From: Pristiophorus japonicus | Lineage: Eukaryota | Reading direction: 5' to 3' | DNA length: 64,000 nucleotides | Assembly: GCF_044704955.1 (NCBI RefSeq) | Contig: NC_091984.1 | Location: 145,142,001-145,206,000 of the forward strand | In this document: one piece after another, positions 60,493-64,000 of the stretch | Position numbering within the stretch: position 1 is the first letter of the stretch | Layout of the letters: each line of letters opens with the position of its first letter | Program-made: the position numbers and the translations under genes | Notes under the pieces: model-generated | Told to the model about the DNA's origin: nothing | Databases searched by the model: none | What the model saw: the letters and a program-made list of their open reading frames with translations, nothing else

Positions 60493-63400
60493 CAGATCCT
60501 TACTGAAAAGCCACACTCTACCTCATCCTGCTGTGCCAATCCTCACATCCCCATCACTCTACCTTCCCTAATCCTGCACTTCCTTACTCACACCAACTTA
60601 GCTTGCACCTCCACTCATCCCCTCTCTCTATCTCCATTATCACATCCCTTTCTCACCAGCCACCCCTCGCACTCACCCTCACCTCGTCCAATCATACCAA
60701 CTAAGCACACAAGGGTAGGCACTTGGCTCTTTTAGCCAAATAGTAAATCTTTATTTTTAACATGTTGCCTTCTTGGACAGTGGAAGTGTCTCAGTGAGTT
60801 GCAGTGATTAGCGAGACATAACATTACTCCCGCAATGGTGCTGAGTGTGAAAGGAATGATTTGTGCATTGTAGGGGTACTGTATGGTGCTGTTGTGGGGT
60901 GGTGCCAAACTGGTGCATCATGTGGCAGCCACAGTGCACAGTGTGAAGGGAAGTAAATGTGGCCACGGTGAGGGTATCCCTGGCCTCCCGGGCAGCAATG
61001 TCTTCAGGTGCTGATGCCCCGTGTCCTGTGCAGCATCAGGTGATTACGGAGAATGTTGATGCTGTGGTTGGTGCTGCTGGTATGTCTGGTGATGCTGGTG
61101 TGTCTGGTGATGTTGATGTGCCGGGTGATGCTGGTGTGTCTGGTGATGCTGGTGTGTCTAGTGATGCTGGTGTGTCTGGTGATGATGGTGTGTCTGGTGC
61201 TGCTGGTGTGCCTGGTGATGCTGGTGTGTCTGGTGCTGCTGGTGTGTCTGGTGATGCTGGTGTGTCTGGTGATGCTGGTGTGTCTGGTGATGCTGGTGTG
61301 TTGGGTGCTGCTGGTGTGTCTGGTGCTGCGGGTGTGCCGGGTGATGCTGGTGTGCAAGGTGATGCTGGTGTGCCTGGTGCTGCTGGTGTGTCCGGTGATG
61401 CTGGTGTGCCGGGTGATGCTGGTGTGTCTGGTGATGCTGGTGTGTCCGGTGATGCTGGTGTGTCTGGTGATGCTGGTGTGCCGGGTGATGCTGGTGTGTC
61501 TGGTCATGCTGATGTGCCGGCTAATGCTGGTGTGCCTGGTGATGCTGGTGTGTCTGGTGATGCTGATGTGTCCGGTGATGCTGGTGTGTCTGGTGATGCT
61601 GGTGTGCCGGGTGATGCTGGTGTGCCGGGTGATGCTGGTGTGCCTGGTGATGCTGGTGTGTCTGGTGATACTGGTGTGGCTGGTGATGCTGGTGTGTCTG
61701 GTGCTGCTGGTGTGCTTGGTGCTGCTGGTGTGTCTGTTGATGCTGGTGTGTCTGGTGCTGCTGGTGTGTCTGGTGATGCTGGTGTGTCTGGTGCTGCTGG
61801 TGTGCCTGGTGATGCTGGTGTGCCGGGTGATGCTGGTGTGCCTGGTGATGCTGGTGTGCCGGGTGATGCTGGTGTGTCTGGTGATGCTGGTGTGTCTGGT
61901 GATGCTGGTGTGTCTGGTGATGCTGGTATGTCTGGTGATGCTGGTGTGCCGGGTGATGCTGGTGTGTCTGGTGATGCTGGTGTGCCAGGTGCTGCAGGTG
62001 TGTCTGGTGATGCTGGTGTGTCTGGTGATGCTGGTGTGTCTGGTGATGCTCGTGTGTCTGGTGATGCTGGTGTGCCGGGTGATGCTGGTGTGTCTGGTGA
62101 TGCTGGTGTGTCTGGTGATGCTGGTGTGCCGGGTGATGCTGGTGTGTCTGGTGATGCTGGTGTGCCAGGTGCTGCTGGTGTGCCTGGTGATGCTGGTGTG
62201 TCTGGTGATGCTGGTGTGTCTGGTGATGCTGGTGTGTCTGGTGATGCTGGTGTGTCTGGTGATGCTGGTGTTCCGGGTGATGCTGGTGTGTCTGGTGCTG
62301 CTGGTGTGCCGGGTGATGCTGGTGTGCCAGGTGCTGCTGGTGTGCCGGGTGCTGCTGGTGTGCCTGGTGATGCTGGTGTGTCTGGTGATGCTGGTGTGTC
62401 TGGTGATGCTGGTGTGCCTGGTGCTGCTGGTGTGTCTGGTGATGCTGGTGTGCCGGGTGATGCTGGTGTGTCTGGTGCTGCTGGTGTGCCGGGTGATGCT
62501 GGTGTGCCGGGTGCTGCTGGTGTGTCTGGTGATGCTGGTGTGTCTGGTGATGCTGGTGTGCCTGGTGATGCTGGTGTGTCTGCTGATGCTGGTGTGTCTG
62601 GTGCTGCTGGTGTGCCGGGTGATGCTGGTGTGTCTGGTGCTGCTGGTGTGTCTGGTGATGCTGGTGTTTCTGGTGATGCTGGTGTGTCTGGTGATGTTGG
62701 TGTGCCTGGTGCTGCTGGTGTGTCTGGTGATGCTGGTGTGTCTGGTGATGCTGGTGTGTCTGGTGCTGCTGGTGTGTCTGGTGCTGCTGGTGTGTCTGGT
62801 GATGCTGGTGTGTCTGGTGATGCTGGTGTGCCAGGTGCTGCTGGTGTGTCTGGTGATGCTGGTGTGCCGGGTGCTGCTGGTGTGTCTGGTGATACTGGTG
62901 TGTCTGGTGATGTTGGTGTGCCGGGTGATGCTGGTGTGTCTGGTGATGCTGGTGTGTCTGGTGATGCTGGTGTGTCTGGTGATGCTGGTGTGCCTGGTGA
63001 TGCTGGTGTGCCGGGTGCTGCTGGTGTGTCTGATGATGCTGGTGTATCTGGTGATGCTGGTGTGTCTGGTGATGCTGGTGTGCCGGGTGATGCTGGTGTG
63101 TCTGGTGATGCTGGTGTGCCTGGTGCTGCTGGTGTGTGTGGTGATGCTGGTGTGTCTGGCGATGCTGGTGTGCCAGGTGCTGCTGGTGTGTCTGGTGATG
63201 CTGGTGTGTCTGGTGATGGTGGTGTGCCAGGTGATGCTGGTGTGTCTGGTGATGCTGGTGTGTCTGGTGATGCTTGTGTGCCGGGTGCTGCTGGTTTGTC
63301 TGGTGCTGCTGGTGTGTCTGGTGATGCTGATGTGCCTGGTGCTGCTGGTGTGTCTGGTGATGCTGGTGTGTCTGGTGATGGTGGTGTGCCAGGTGATGCT

Positions 63401-64000
63401 GGTGTGTCTGGTGCTGCTGGTGTGTCTGGTGATGCTGGTGTGTCTGGTGATGCTGGTGTGCCGGGTGCTGCTGGTGTGTCTGGTGATGCTGGTGTGCCGG
63501 GTGCTGCTGGTGTGTCTGGTGATGCTGGTGTGTCTGGTGATGCTGGTGTGTCTGGTGATGCTGGTGTGCCGGGTGCTGCTGGTGTGTCTGGTGATGCTGG
63601 TGTATCTGGTGATGCTGGTGTGCCAGGTGCTGCTGGTGTGTCTGGTGATGCTGGTGTGCCTGGTGATGCTGGTGTGCCGGGTGATGCTGGTGTGTTTGGT
63701 GATGCTGGTGTGTCTGGTGATGCTGGTTTGTCTGGTGATGCTGCTGAGCCTGGTGCTGCTGGTGTGTCTGGTGATGCTGGTGTGTCTGATGACGCTGGTG
63801 TGTCTGGTGATGCTGCTGTGCCTGGTGCTGCTGGTGTGCCCGGTGATGCTGGTGTGTCTGGTGATGCTGGTGTGTCTGGTGATGCTGGTGTGCCTGGTGA
63901 TGCTGGTGTGTCTGGTGATGCTGGTGTGTCTGGTGATGCTGGTGTGTCTGGTGATGCTGGTGTGTCTGGTGCTGCTGGTGTGTCTGGTGATGCTGGTGTG
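60493..64000. mobile_element. Continuation of the Harbinger-derived element, with a minus-strand transposase C-terminal relic
   Basis: Minus strand 60950-61000 reads IAAREARDTLTVATF, similar to the transposase end IARALRHQLIRERF at 22690-22740; TTTATT at 60750. Confidence 0.45.
61070..64000. repeat. 18-bp (2 x 9) satellite GGTGATGCTGGTGTG[TCT/CCG/CCT], over 160 copies, running off the window
   Basis: Direct repetition; phase is the same at 61070 and 63968 (161 x 18 bp). Confidence 0.98.

Noticed and set aside
61004-61507. Minus-strand ORF of TRHTSI repeats
   Set aside because: Translation of the 18-bp satellite from an incidental start codon

Overview
Repeat-dense vertebrate genomic DNA, almost certainly from a cartilaginous fish (shark). 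This rests on a shark kappa-type (NS4/type III) Ig light-chain constant exon and typical shark CR1, L2 and SINE families. The only recognisable host gene segment is that IgL kappa C exon (minus strand, 37275-37600), which carries two compensating deletions; I could not see a J or V segment. A possible FN3-repeat gene relic lies at about 51.7-54.9 kb. The rest is nested mobile DNA. (1) Three PIF/Harbinger elements, each with internal tandem-repeat expansions. (2) A full-length gag-pol-env ERV with a 5-bp TSD and an A_AAA_AAC -1 frameshift site, inserted into a Harbinger that is itself inserted into a CR1. (3) A 9.6-kb env-less retrovirus-like provirus with 1.5-kb LTRs, dual RNase H and a UGA-CUA gag/pol junction. 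(4) Two relics of related long-LTR elements that keep a non-gamma-type, fusion-protein-like env; these and (3) are a lokiretrovirus-like candidate family. (5) Two Ty3/Gypsy elements, a Penelope-type inverted repeat with decayed hammerhead ribozyme cores, many LINE/SINE fragments, several minisatellites and one assembly gap. All calls were made by eye from motifs; no database searches were run.
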